Positions 46,169-55,094 of a stretch of 64,000 nucleotides of DNA are shown here, one piece after another. The stretch's first letter is position 1; every line of letters begins with the position of its first letter. The stretch comes from a virus (taxonomy: Duplodnaviria; Caudoviricetes). The stretch lies in IMG/VR virus record IMGVR_UViG_3300014205_009256, positions 1 to 64,000 of that record; one strand, written 5' to 3'. A model generated the notes under the pieces. That model was not told the origin of the DNA. It saw only the letters and a program-made list of their open reading frames with translations, and did not search any database. A program made the position numbers and the translations under genes.

Positions 46169-47726
46169 CAGTGCGTCCGAGACAGCAACCAAGGCGCAGG
46201 TCCGATGCGCGATTTACACCCGCAAGTCGTCGGAAGAAGGCCTGGAGCAGGATTTCAACTCGCTGGATGCCCAACGCGACAGTGGCGAAGCGTACATCGC
46301 GGCGCAGAAACACGAGGGGTGGGTCTGCCTGCCCGATCGATACGACGATGGCGGTTTCACCGGCGGCAACATGGATCGCCCCGCCGCTCAGCGACTGGTG
46401 AAGGACATTGAAGCCGGCAAGGTGGATTGTGTGATTGTCTATAAGGTAGATCGCCTGTCACGCTCGCTGGCGGACTTCGCCCGGTTGATGGATGTCTTCG
46501 AAAAGCACCATGTCACCTTCGTATCCGTCACCCAGGCCTTCAATACCACCCACAGCATGGGAAGGTTGACCCTTAATATCCTACTCTCGTTCGCGCAGTT
46601 CGAGCGTGAAATCATCTCTGAGCGCACACGCGACAAGATCGCGGGCGCACGGCGTAAGGGGAAATTCGCCGGCGGCAGGCCCATCCTCGGCTACGACATC
46701 GTCCGCACCCCCAGCGGGTCTAAGTTGGTGGTGAACAACGCGGAAGCCAAATGCGTCCGTGAAATCTTCGGGTTGTACCTGCAACATCAGTCACTCATCC
46801 CCACCGTGAAAGAGATGGCCAACCGGGGGTGGACCACCAAGCTGTGGCAGACGAAGAAAGGCCGGTCGGTCGGCGGCCGGGCATTCGACAAGAACCTGCT
46901 GTACCACCTGCTGACCAACGTGGTGTACGTCGGCAAGATACGCCACCACGACCAAGTTTACGCGGGCGAGCATGACGCCATCGTTGATGAGCAGACATGG
47001 CAGCGCGTCCAGTCCATGTTGCAACACAACGGTCGGACAGGTGGGAGCGAACCGAGGAACAAGCATGGTGCGTTGCTGCGGGGCATCCTGCGCTGCGTCC
47101 CCTGCAACTGCTCGATGGTTCATACGTTCACATGCCGCCAGACCAAACGGTATCGGTATTACGTCTGCCTCAAGGCGCAGAAACGCGGCTGGCACACCTG
47201 CCCGACCAAGTCTGTCCCCGCCGGGGAGATTGAAAAGTTCGTCATCGACCAGATCAGGTCGGTCGGACGCGACCCCACCGTGTTGGCAGAGACACTTCGC
47301 CAGGCGAAGGGCCAGAACAGCCGGAATCTGGCCGATCTGCAGGCGCAGGAGCAGGCCCTTCAGCGGGAATTGGGCCAGTGCAACACCTCGCTGAAGAAAC
47401 TCGCCGCTGGCAGCGATGAGCCGACCACAGTGGCGGCGCTGGCGGATGTGCAGGATCGCATGCGCCGCGCCGAACAGCGCCTCACCGAGATTCGCCAGCA
47501 GATCGGGACGCTGAGCGGCGAAGTGGTCGACGAACGTGAGGTCGCCACCGCGTTATCAGTCTTCGACCCGGTGTGGGATACGCTCAGCCCGCGCGAGCAG
47601 GCCCGCATCGTCAACCTGCTGGTCGAGCGGGTCGACTACGACGGCGAAAATGAAACGGTCGCGGTGACCTTCCGCCCCAATGGCATCAAAACGCTTGCGC
47701 AGGAAATTAACGAGGTAGCAGCATGA
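46152..47726 (+). CDS. large serine recombinase (resolvase, recombinase and zinc-ribbon domains)
   Basis: CAIYTRKS, SLDAQ, YKVDRLSRS, CVPC...YYVC...C, coiled coil. Confidence 0.95.
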   Translation: MSKKRNSASETATKAQVRCAIYTRKSSEEGLEQDFNSLDAQRDSGEAYIAAQKHEGWVCLPDRYDDGGFTGGNMDRPAAQRLVKDIEAGKVDCVIVYKVDRLSRSLADFARLMDVFEKHHVTFVSVTQAFNTTHSMGRLTLNILLSFAQFEREIISERTRDKIAGARRKGKFAGGRPILGYDIVRTPSGSKLVVNNAEAKCVREIFGLYLQHQSLIPTVKEMANRGWTTKLWQTKKGRSVGGRAFDKNLLYHLLTNVVYVGKIRHHDQVYAGEHDAIVDEQTWQRVQSMLQHNGRTGGSEPRNKHGALLRGILRCVPCNCSMVHTFTCRQTKRYRYYVCLKAQKRGWHTCPTKSVPAGEIEKFVIDQIRSVGRDPTVLAETLRQAKGQNSRNLADLQAQEQALQRELGQCNTSLKKLAAGSDEPTTVAALADVQDRMRRAEQRLTEIRQQIGTLSGEVVDEREVATALSVFDPVWDTLSPREQARIVNLLVERVDYDGENETVAVTFRPNGIKTLAQEINEVAA

Positions 47727-48151
47727 CCACAACACAAACGAGTCTGACCGTCGAAACCAAGGTTCATTTCACGCAGGCGCGGCGCGGGCGCAAACAAATC
47801 GGCGTTTGCCAAACATCCGACCCGGCACCGGTCGTCGCTGGCCGGGTTCCACGCCTATCCCGGCTCATGGCGCTGGCGATTCGCTTCGACGGCCTGCTGG
47901 CGCGTGGCGAAGTCCGCGATTATGCCGACCTGGCCCGCCTCGGCCACGTCACCCGCGCCCGCGTGACTCAGATCATGAACCTGCTGAATCTTGCGCCGGA
48001 TATCCAGGAGGCGATTCTGTTTCTCCCGCCCATGGGAGCCGGAAAAGACCCAATCAAGGAATGGGAAGTACGGCCGATCGCGGCCACGCCGGTTTGGCGC
48101 AACCAACGAAGGTTCTGGGCAACCCTCCGTGCCCAGTCGCGTCTCGACTGA
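47723..48151 (+). CDS. HTH protein coupled to the recombinase (candidate directionality factor)
   Basis: DLARLGHVTRARVTQIMNLL.LAPDIQE; ATGA overlap with the recombinase. Confidence 0.7.
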   Translation: MTTTQTSLTVETKVHFTQARRGRKQIGVCQTSDPAPVVAGRVPRLSRLMALAIRFDGLLARGEVRDYADLARLGHVTRARVTQIMNLLNLAPDIQEAILFLPPMGAGKDPIKEWEVRPIAATPVWRNQRRFWATLRAQSRLD

Positions 48152-48328
48152 TCAACCCGACCCCCTTCAATTTTGCGGTAGTCACAGCTGTTGCTCGTGT
48201 TTTCCACATCTCCGATAATGCCGAGTTGGGCCAAGGCGCTCTCAAGTCCAGTGGAGTTGGGAGTTTGGATGCCCAGCGTGAGTGTTCCGCCATAGCGCAT
48301 GGCTGGTACTGGGATACGAGGAACGTGA

Positions 48329-51172
48329 ATGTCCAACGAGGATCATGAGCTGCCAGATGACGTGCTGCTGGAAATATGCCGCGTGTCGAGGGACCACACG
48401 GAATTCAGTGACGAATTGCTCGCCGACCTCCGTGCGGTGTCGCGTCTGGTCGGCAAAGGCCCCTCTCCTCAAGGAACTCAACTACCGCATGCGGTGTCGT
48501 TAATGATCGCAGCTGTGGCGAAACTGCCACAGTTCAACCCAAAACACCTGCCCTTCGGTTACGACGGGCCGACCATTCAGTCGCACGGATGGATCGAACG
48601 GGAATCGCTGGAACGATTGGCAAAGCAGATCGCCGGTCTCCGATGGGCCGACACCGAACCTGCTGCCGTGGCCAACGAGGTCGCCAATGCCGTCAGTGAG
48701 GCTGTCAAACTGGGCTTCCTGGATGAGAAGGACTACGACGCGTGGCAGCCCGGCATGGCATCGGGATCGGGTTGGCGGTCGGCCCTTTCCGTTACGGCGT
48801 ACGGCGTGACCAAGGCGCGATCCGCATCCAATGGCAATGGTTCCAAGCAGCAGAAGTCTCCCGCCACCAACAAACCCCAGGTTTTCTACTTGATCTGTTC
48901 TTCGTCCAAGCCACCAACGCTCGGTCAAGGCACGGTGTTCTACAAGACCACCGACGGCACGGTTGCACAATCGCTGTGTCGCCTCTTCGCCAAGGAATAT
49001 GGAGGCAACGGGGCGCAGCATCACTTTGCGGCCGCGCCAGGCGCGGAGGTGTCGTTAGACGATCAGATACTGCTCGATGAAGTCTTGGACGAGCTTGAGA
49101 TATACGAAGATCCAGACCGTGGCGTTTACGATCCGCCGCCGACCCAGGAGACGATGGACCGCGTGCAGTTTGCTCATCGCGCCACCACATGGGAGGCGAT
49201 GATCCAATCGCGGCCGTCGGCCCTCGCCCCCGCCGAGAACGTTAGACCCGGTCCGAGGGTAAGCCCGGAGCCTACAGTCAGTATCACGCCTCCGTTCTCG
49301 GATTCCGAGGAACTGAATGCCGTGTTCGCGGACACCAATCAGTGTCTTCAGGCATTGCGGGCGATTGGCGGTCACTACAACTATCTGACCTCGCTCGAAC
49401 GAGCCGGCAAAGTGCGCGGCTTGAGAGGGCCGGTGGACGGGATGCAGTTCGCGAGCGAGGATGATCGTCGCGCCTGCGACGATGTCGAAAAACAAATCAG
49501 CGCCGCTGTAAAGGTCTTGTGGAAGCCTCTGGCCCGAGTCTTGGCGTGGGGGCGCGACCAGCGGCTGGAGCTCCCTTTCGATGCGGGCGACTTGACCTCG
49601 CAGATACCATGTTCGTGGTGGGATGAGGGTGAGGATCGCGGCTATTACGAATATTACGCATGTACATGTGAGCATTACCAAGGGGCGCTGGATCAGGTAT
49701 CCAAGGCCGTCACCGTCGTGGCGCGAAAAGACTCGGTGGCACACATCGTCATCGAGTCATTTCCACCTGCCCCGCCTGACGCAATAGCCGACGTAACCAT
49801 GTTGACATTGCGTGAACGGCAGATCGTGCTCGATACCCTGAGGAAGGCAACGCCCGACTTCACGGTGGTGTTCAGTGTTCTCTATGAAGCTCACCTCCCG
49901 CCCTCCGACCTGATCCTGTTCCAGCGACAACGTGATTCGCTCCAGGCGCAGTTTCCGGGATGGAGGGTGAGCGGCTGCCAAAGTGAAGACCTCGCCACGT
50001 TCAAGGCGATGTCGAACTCAGAAGACATCATCCAGCGAGTAATCGCCATGCGGGAACCAAACAAAGATGAGCGACAACCCCCTAAGACAACAACCGACGA
50101 CCAGACAACACTGGAATCCGCTCACAGCCATGTCGTCTCATTGCACGCGCATACGAAAATGCCGGATAGACATGCGGCGCAAAATGCTACTTGTGACCAA
50201 GGAATATCTATGGGGATCGGCACATCGCCGTCGCTTGCAAATGAGTACCTCACAGGTGTAGCACGCTGGGCGAATCAGATTGACTCCTCACAATTGCGAT
50301 TAGCATTGCGCGATCGCCTCACAAAAGCCTTGGCCCACGTTTGCCTCGCTATGAGTCTGGTGGATGACCTCGACGCGTTCGAAGAGAGCAGGCCGGAAAC
50401 CGGTTCCCTGATGTGCGAGGACACGACCACTGGCGTTACGGTCTTCTCTGACGATGACTTGCAGAGCCGATACACTGGCTTGGAGAAGGACCTTGTGGCC
50501 AGCGTCTCCAAAGCAAACGCCACCTATCAGATCGTTGCTGCTTCCCGGGATATTCCTGCTACAGCGAAGGATAGCACGGAGTACCTACTGAAGTGGCTTT
50601 TTCATATGAAGCTGGAACGAACTGCTCATCCTGCATCGCCGCGCGATGAATACTGGCACGATGGTGCTGTGACTCCGCCCTGGGGACAATTCTGGGTACT
50701 CGAAATCCGGCTGTTGCTTCGTCTCAGGTTGATCCAGGTTTCCGAGCATCTGATGCACGAGCGTGAGCAACTGAGTAAGCATGAACCGGCGAGTGATCCA
50801 GCCAAAGGGGCCGAGGCGCCCGGTTCCAGCGCCACGCACGTCGATGCGCGTAACGGCGATGGTTTGAAGGATGGCCCGGATCACGCTGAAACGGATTCGC
50901 ATTCTGATACCGAGATCGAACAGCTAGAAACCACGACCCCGCCGCTAAACATGGGGACCGGACAGTGGGTGACCAACAAAGTGGCCGCTACCCTTGAAGG
51001 AATAAAAGCCTCCAGCCTGGCCGACTACCGTAAAACCAGCAAGAAAGGAATCAAGAATCAATCCGGGAGGCTGGGCCGGGATTGCCACGGCAGAATATGG
51101 CGTCGTCCGGGCACGCCGCATGCTCACGTATGGTATTGGAAACAATCCCTTATCGGCTCTAACACGACATAG
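48329..51172 (+). CDS. 947-aa modular protein: N1, M, unique region, C2 wHTH-like domain
   Basis: N1 shared with 20499..21467; M and C2 shared with 51251..53488. Confidence 0.82.
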   Translation: MSNEDHELPDDVLLEICRVSRDHTEFSDELLADLRAVSRLVGKGPSPQGTQLPHAVSLMIAAVAKLPQFNPKHLPFGYDGPTIQSHGWIERESLERLAKQIAGLRWADTEPAAVANEVANAVSEAVKLGFLDEKDYDAWQPGMASGSGWRSALSVTAYGVTKARSASNGNGSKQQKSPATNKPQVFYLICSSSKPPTLGQGTVFYKTTDGTVAQSLCRLFAKEYGGNGAQHHFAAAPGAEVSLDDQILLDEVLDELEIYEDPDRGVYDPPPTQETMDRVQFAHRATTWEAMIQSRPSALAPAENVRPGPRVSPEPTVSITPPFSDSEELNAVFADTNQCLQALRAIGGHYNYLTSLERAGKVRGLRGPVDGMQFASEDDRRACDDVEKQISAAVKVLWKPLARVLAWGRDQRLELPFDAGDLTSQIPCSWWDEGEDRGYYEYYACTCEHYQGALDQVSKAVTVVARKDSVAHIVIESFPPAPPDAIADVTMLTLRERQIVLDTLRKATPDFTVVFSVLYEAHLPPSDLILFQRQRDSLQAQFPGWRVSGCQSEDLATFKAMSNSEDIIQRVIAMREPNKDERQPPKTTTDDQTTLESAHSHVVSLHAHTKMPDRHAAQNATCDQGISMGIGTSPSLANEYLTGVARWANQIDSSQLRLALRDRLTKALAHVCLAMSLVDDLDAFEESRPETGSLMCEDTTTGVTVFSDDDLQSRYTGLEKDLVASVSKANATYQIVAASRDIPATAKDSTEYLLKWLFHMKLERTAHPASPRDEYWHDGAVTPPWGQFWVLEIRLLLRLRLIQVSEHLMHEREQLSKHEPASDPAKGAEAPGSSATHVDARNGDGLKDGPDHAETDSHSDTEIEQLETTTPPLNMGTGQWVTNKVAATLEGIKASSLADYRKTSKKGIKNQSGRLGRDCHGRIWRRPGTPHAHVWYWKQSLIGSNTT

Positions 51173-51250
51173 AAAATCATCGACTCAATACTGGTGATCT
51201 AACACCGCAACGCTCCTTCACATACCGACCTCCAGAACTGGCAGACAAAT

Positions 51251-53488
51251 ATGAGCGGTGAACAAATAGAGACTGTTGATGAGAGACACATGATGGCATT
51301 TCGGGCCGCATGCCGATCGTTGATGGATGGTCTGAAACAACGTGCTGACGCATATTGCATGTTCGGCACGCCTTGCGATTGGTTTCGTACTCAAAGGAAC
51401 TATCGCGTATTTGAAATCCGGGCGCACGTCGGCGGGGACAATCACTTGGTCGAATGTGTGAAGCCTCTCATGACGGAGCTTGAGGAACTGGAGAAACAAC
51501 TAGAGTCTTGGCGCGACTATGAGGCTCAATTGCGCCGCGCAGCAACGGTAACGGTGACCAGAGAAAAGGGATGTTACATCGGGGGCTCCGATCTTCCTCC
51601 CGATGTTTGGAATGCTTTCACATATCAACTTGAGGGCGAGCCAGCCATCACAAACTATTCCACTTGGGTCGAACATGAATCGCATTCCCTCCGAAGTTGT
51701 ATCATCGAGAAGGACTGCAGAAGCCATGTACTCCACGACGATTTTATTGAGTATCTTTCGACATGGCTTGGCGACGCAGATTCTTCGGCCACAGACAATA
51801 GCAAATCAGAAGGTTCAGGCATGTATCTTCATGCGTGCCTGGGCCACAACACAGACTTGTCGACATCCTCGGTATTCTACTTCGTTGATAATCCGTTGAT
51901 TGGTCAATCACTCCAGGAACTATTCCAAAAGGAATACGGAAGCGATGGCAGCAATACCAAATTCTACACAAGCCATGCAAGTAAGCTGAGTGACGCAGAT
52001 CGAATTTTGTTGGATGAAGCCTGCGATATAGTGAGCGTTTACTCTGAGCCGGATCCGGGCGTATATGATCCACCACCTACTCGTTCAATGCATCGTCGGT
52101 CCCAATATGCCGTCCGCGCACGAACTTGGGAAGCGATGTTGAACGCCAAGAAAGCAACGTCTGGGCATAAGGACGTGGGGCATTCAACGCGGAACGGCGT
52201 GGAGAGCGAGGGCCGCGACAATACCACAACACCACACCATGAATCCCAGCAGCCCTCAACCGATGCCAACGCCACAAACAACGAGGCTGGCGTCAGAGAT
52301 GCTATTCAGCAGATGGCGGGCATCTGGGAGAAGTTGAGATTGGCCGCCACAGCACTCATAGGTGCTTCGGAAACGACCTCAGCCGCACCAACGCTGGAAA
52401 TCCAGAAATATCAGGATGCACTAAGTCAAGGAAATGTGTCTTTGGATGGTAGTGGCGAATTTTCGCTTGTTGGACAACACCTTCCACCACATCTTAAAGA
52501 GCATTGTCAGAGTTCGCTCTTGGATCTGCAGCACAAGATGGAGCCATTGACCACACGGCACAACGCGTATCCATTGTGCAAGGACATCACGAAAACAGCT
52601 CGTGAGGCATTGGCCGGATGCATGGCATTAGAAATAGCTTTGGCACTCATCGTGACGAAACCCGGCGAATCGCAGATACCGAAAGAGGAGTGGCGAATAG
52701 CAGGCCACACCGCTTTGATGATTCTTGCGCAAGCATATTACAAGATTCTGGAAAGCGCCATCTCTGGAGCGATGTGTACCTCGCTCGATTTGGAGTTGAA
52801 TCAATCGTATCTATGGACGACGAACAACATCTCGGCACTTCTGCAAGACCATGAAGATCTAAAGGACTTTCCAACCACATTTACACCTATATTCCGCGAC
52901 TTGTATCCATCAACGATTCGAGATTGCGACTGGGAAGACATGGTCGCCCCTGAGGCCGAAGCATTTCTCAGCACAGTGCAGCAATATGTTCTCGGCAAAG
53001 GTGTATATGAACTAACCGAAGGTTCAGCAGGTGGGACTTTCGTCCGCATTTTTCAGTCTTCAGCACAAACCGCAATGGAGCATGCAGAGGCATATCGCAA
53101 GCGAATGCAAACCACATTTCAACGCGTGCTTGATCGTGCCGCTCAACAGCAGCTTGCGGTGCCGGCGTCGGGTCATGATGAACGTCGGTCAGATTCACAG
53201 CATGAGATCGAGACATTGGCAAGTACGACTCCGGCCCTTAACACAAGCAACGGCCAGTGGATTAGCAATAAAGTGGCTGCAAAGCTAGATGGGGTTACTC
53301 CCGCAAGTCTTACGGACTATCGCAAACCAAGCAAGAATGGCATTAGGGATGCCAACAAAATGCTAGGCTGTGATTGTCACGGGAGAATCTGGCGACGAGC
53401 GGGTACGCCACAAGCTCATGTCTGGTATCTGAGATCCACACTCGTGACAAATCGACAGATAAATCGGGGAAAAACCGGGGATTCCTAG
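51251..53488 (+). CDS. 745-aa modular protein: unique region, M, unique region, C2 wHTH-like domain
   Basis: M (KEYG...ILLDE...GVYDPPPT...TWEAM) and C2 (GQW..NKVAA.L.G...SL.DYRK...DCHGRIWRR.GTP.AHVWY) shared with 48329..51172. Confidence 0.82.
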   Translation: MSGEQIETVDERHMMAFRAACRSLMDGLKQRADAYCMFGTPCDWFRTQRNYRVFEIRAHVGGDNHLVECVKPLMTELEELEKQLESWRDYEAQLRRAATVTVTREKGCYIGGSDLPPDVWNAFTYQLEGEPAITNYSTWVEHESHSLRSCIIEKDCRSHVLHDDFIEYLSTWLGDADSSATDNSKSEGSGMYLHACLGHNTDLSTSSVFYFVDNPLIGQSLQELFQKEYGSDGSNTKFYTSHASKLSDADRILLDEACDIVSVYSEPDPGVYDPPPTRSMHRRSQYAVRARTWEAMLNAKKATSGHKDVGHSTRNGVESEGRDNTTTPHHESQQPSTDANATNNEAGVRDAIQQMAGIWEKLRLAATALIGASETTSAAPTLEIQKYQDALSQGNVSLDGSGEFSLVGQHLPPHLKEHCQSSLLDLQHKMEPLTTRHNAYPLCKDITKTAREALAGCMALEIALALIVTKPGESQIPKEEWRIAGHTALMILAQAYYKILESAISGAMCTSLDLELNQSYLWTTNNISALLQDHEDLKDFPTTFTPIFRDLYPSTIRDCDWEDMVAPEAEAFLSTVQQYVLGKGVYELTEGSAGGTFVRIFQSSAQTAMEHAEAYRKRMQTTFQRVLDRAAQQQLAVPASGHDERRSDSQHEIETLASTTPALNTSNGQWISNKVAAKLDGVTPASLTDYRKPSKNGIRDANKMLGCDCHGRIWRRAGTPQAHVWYLRSTLVTNRQINRGKTGDS

Positions 53489-53495
53489 GAATCCC
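53462..53495. promoter_or_regulatory. perfect 18-bp palindrome plus 11-bp-phased direct repeats, operator candidate
   Basis: gggattcctaggaatccc (53478-53495); aaYcgggga at 53462 and 53473. Confidence 0.5.
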
Positions 53496-53709
53496 TGCTT
53501 CGATTTCGTCAACCATTCGCCGGAGACTGCATGCGGAAGGTAAGCAATGGGCTTGCCTGGACACAACCGCATGGGAGTCTTATCCATGACAACGCAACGA
53601 TTCGAGACCGGCAGGAAAGTCGGGTCTGAAAGAGCACAGACCAAGTTGCTCCCCATATCTTCGGGTTCCGATTCCGTACCACCTGTTCGGATCGGCGGTG
53701 CTGTAAGCA

Positions 53710-54029
53710 TGCATGAACTGCCAGAGCCGGCGCGTTGGCTGATCGAGCGTGGTCAGCACATCGGTTTCGGCAGTGTCACCTTCGTCACGCGCTGCGGTCA
53801 GCCGGACCTTAGCCGGCCCCATCATGTCACGCGCACAGTAAGAGTGGACGGCGGAGAGAACGGTCCTCGTGCGGAGGCCTGCCTCTCCAACTTCGTGCTA
53901 TGCCGGCAGCATGTCGCTGTGGCCAATCAGATCGCCATGCTTCCGGACAACACATGCGTGCGGGTGAAGTTCGCCCACGGACTGCCGGCCAACTCCATCG
54001 ACATCGAAGAGGACCATCAAGCAGCGTAA
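53710..54029 (+). CDS. conserved hypothetical protein (GGENGPRAE motif)
   Basis: Paralog of 17672..18001. Confidence 0.72.
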
Positions 54030-54201
54030 CTCGGCGTAGCCAAACCACACAGACACAGCGTAACGACCGGTCGTGAAACGAAGGCGTTGCGGGTGTCGCG
54101 GGCAACCGCGAACTCGCAGCGCCTTTTCCATTGCGCGAATTCCCGGCAATCACCGACGACACCCACCAGCGCTTCTCCCCCACGGCCGGGGGAGCAGCAA
54201 C

Positions 54202-54951
54202 ATGAATCAAGAACGAGATGACCGCTTTACACCAGCGGATGCAGAAATCGTCAAACGCAAAGCACGAAACATGTTCGGCCAGCACGGATGGAACAGGCAG
54301 GACGTGGAAGACATCGAGGCGGAACTGATCTTCCACATCTGGAAGCAAAGCCCTCGCCACGATCCGGCACAGGGCCCACGCGAACGGTTCATCAAAAAAA
54401 TCACCAAGAACAAAATGCTCAACCTGATCGAGGCCCGAAAAGCGAAGAAGCGTGACGGTCGGCGCAACGTGCTTCTTGACGACGCCATTGAAGGAGCCGT
54501 CCTCGATGGCCGCAACGATCCAGCCAAGATCGACACGCAGATCGCTGTGCGCGCGGTGATCGCGCAACTGACACCAGAACTGCGTCAGGTGGCTTTGCTC
54601 CGGCAGGAGCACAGCGAACGCGACTTGGAAAAGCTGCTCAACCTCACGCGAGCCCAGGTGCGCACCCGCATCCACCAGTTAGCCAACATTTTCAGAAATT
54701 CTGGCCTCGCGCCAGATTCCGACAACCATTCTCCAACCGAACCCGGTAGTGATTTACAGAGCCCAATACATGATTCAGGAGACCGCTCATGCAAACCACA
54801 ATCACCCGTTTCACATTCGGCAACGCCGTTCCCATGGCCGAAGTCGAGGCGACGTTGCGTTTGTCGTTGCTGGCCATCACCAGCATGTTCGGTGACGACC
54901 GAGTGCGAAGTGAAGTCAGCATCACCGTCGATAGCGAAGAGCGATTTTTGA
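54202..54951 (+). CDS. sigma-70/ECF-like protein (C-terminus overlaps the next gene)
   Basis: D.EDIE.EL.....K...DP..G...F; paralog of 16862..17491; 163-bp overlap with 54789..55094 suggests a lost stop codon. Confidence 0.7.
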   Translation: MNQERDDRFTPADAEIVKRKARNMFGQHGWNRQDVEDIEAELIFHIWKQSPRHDPAQGPRERFIKKITKNKMLNLIEARKAKKRDGRRNVLLDDAIEGAVLDGRNDPAKIDTQIAVRAVIAQLTPELRQVALLRQEHSERDLEKLLNLTRAQVRTRIHQLANIFRNSGLAPDSDNHSPTEPGSDLQSPIHDSGDRSCKPQSPVSHSATPFPWPKSRRRCVCRCWPSPACSVTTECEVKSASPSIAKSDF

Positions 54952-55094
54952 TCATCGAAGCCACGCCGGGCATCAGCCAGGCGCTGACGCAGGTGTTCGG
55001 CGCGTACATCCGTCAGGAATTTGGGGCCGACGCCATCAACCCGGTTAGGTCATCTGCCGTGAATGCACCGGCACTTATAGGAGCGTGCCGATGA
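54789..55094 (+). CDS. conserved hypothetical protein
   Basis: 101 aa, GGAG RBS, ATGA-type coupling to the primase. Confidence 0.7.
   Translation: MQTTITRFTFGNAVPMAEVEATLRLSLLAITSMFGDDRVRSEVSITVDSEERFLIIEATPGISQALTQVFGAYIRQEFGADAINPVRSSAVNAPALIGACR

Noticed and set aside
18196-53488. Possible diversity-generating retroelement behind the shared C-terminal domains
   Set aside because: No reverse transcriptase in the window; the shared segments are diverged at all base types and both copies are coding, unlike a TR/VR pair.
54720-54951. C-terminal extension of the second sigma-like protein as a new domain
   Set aside because: Low-complexity read-through overlapping the next gene by 163 bp; absent from the element 1 paralog, so probably a lost stop codon.
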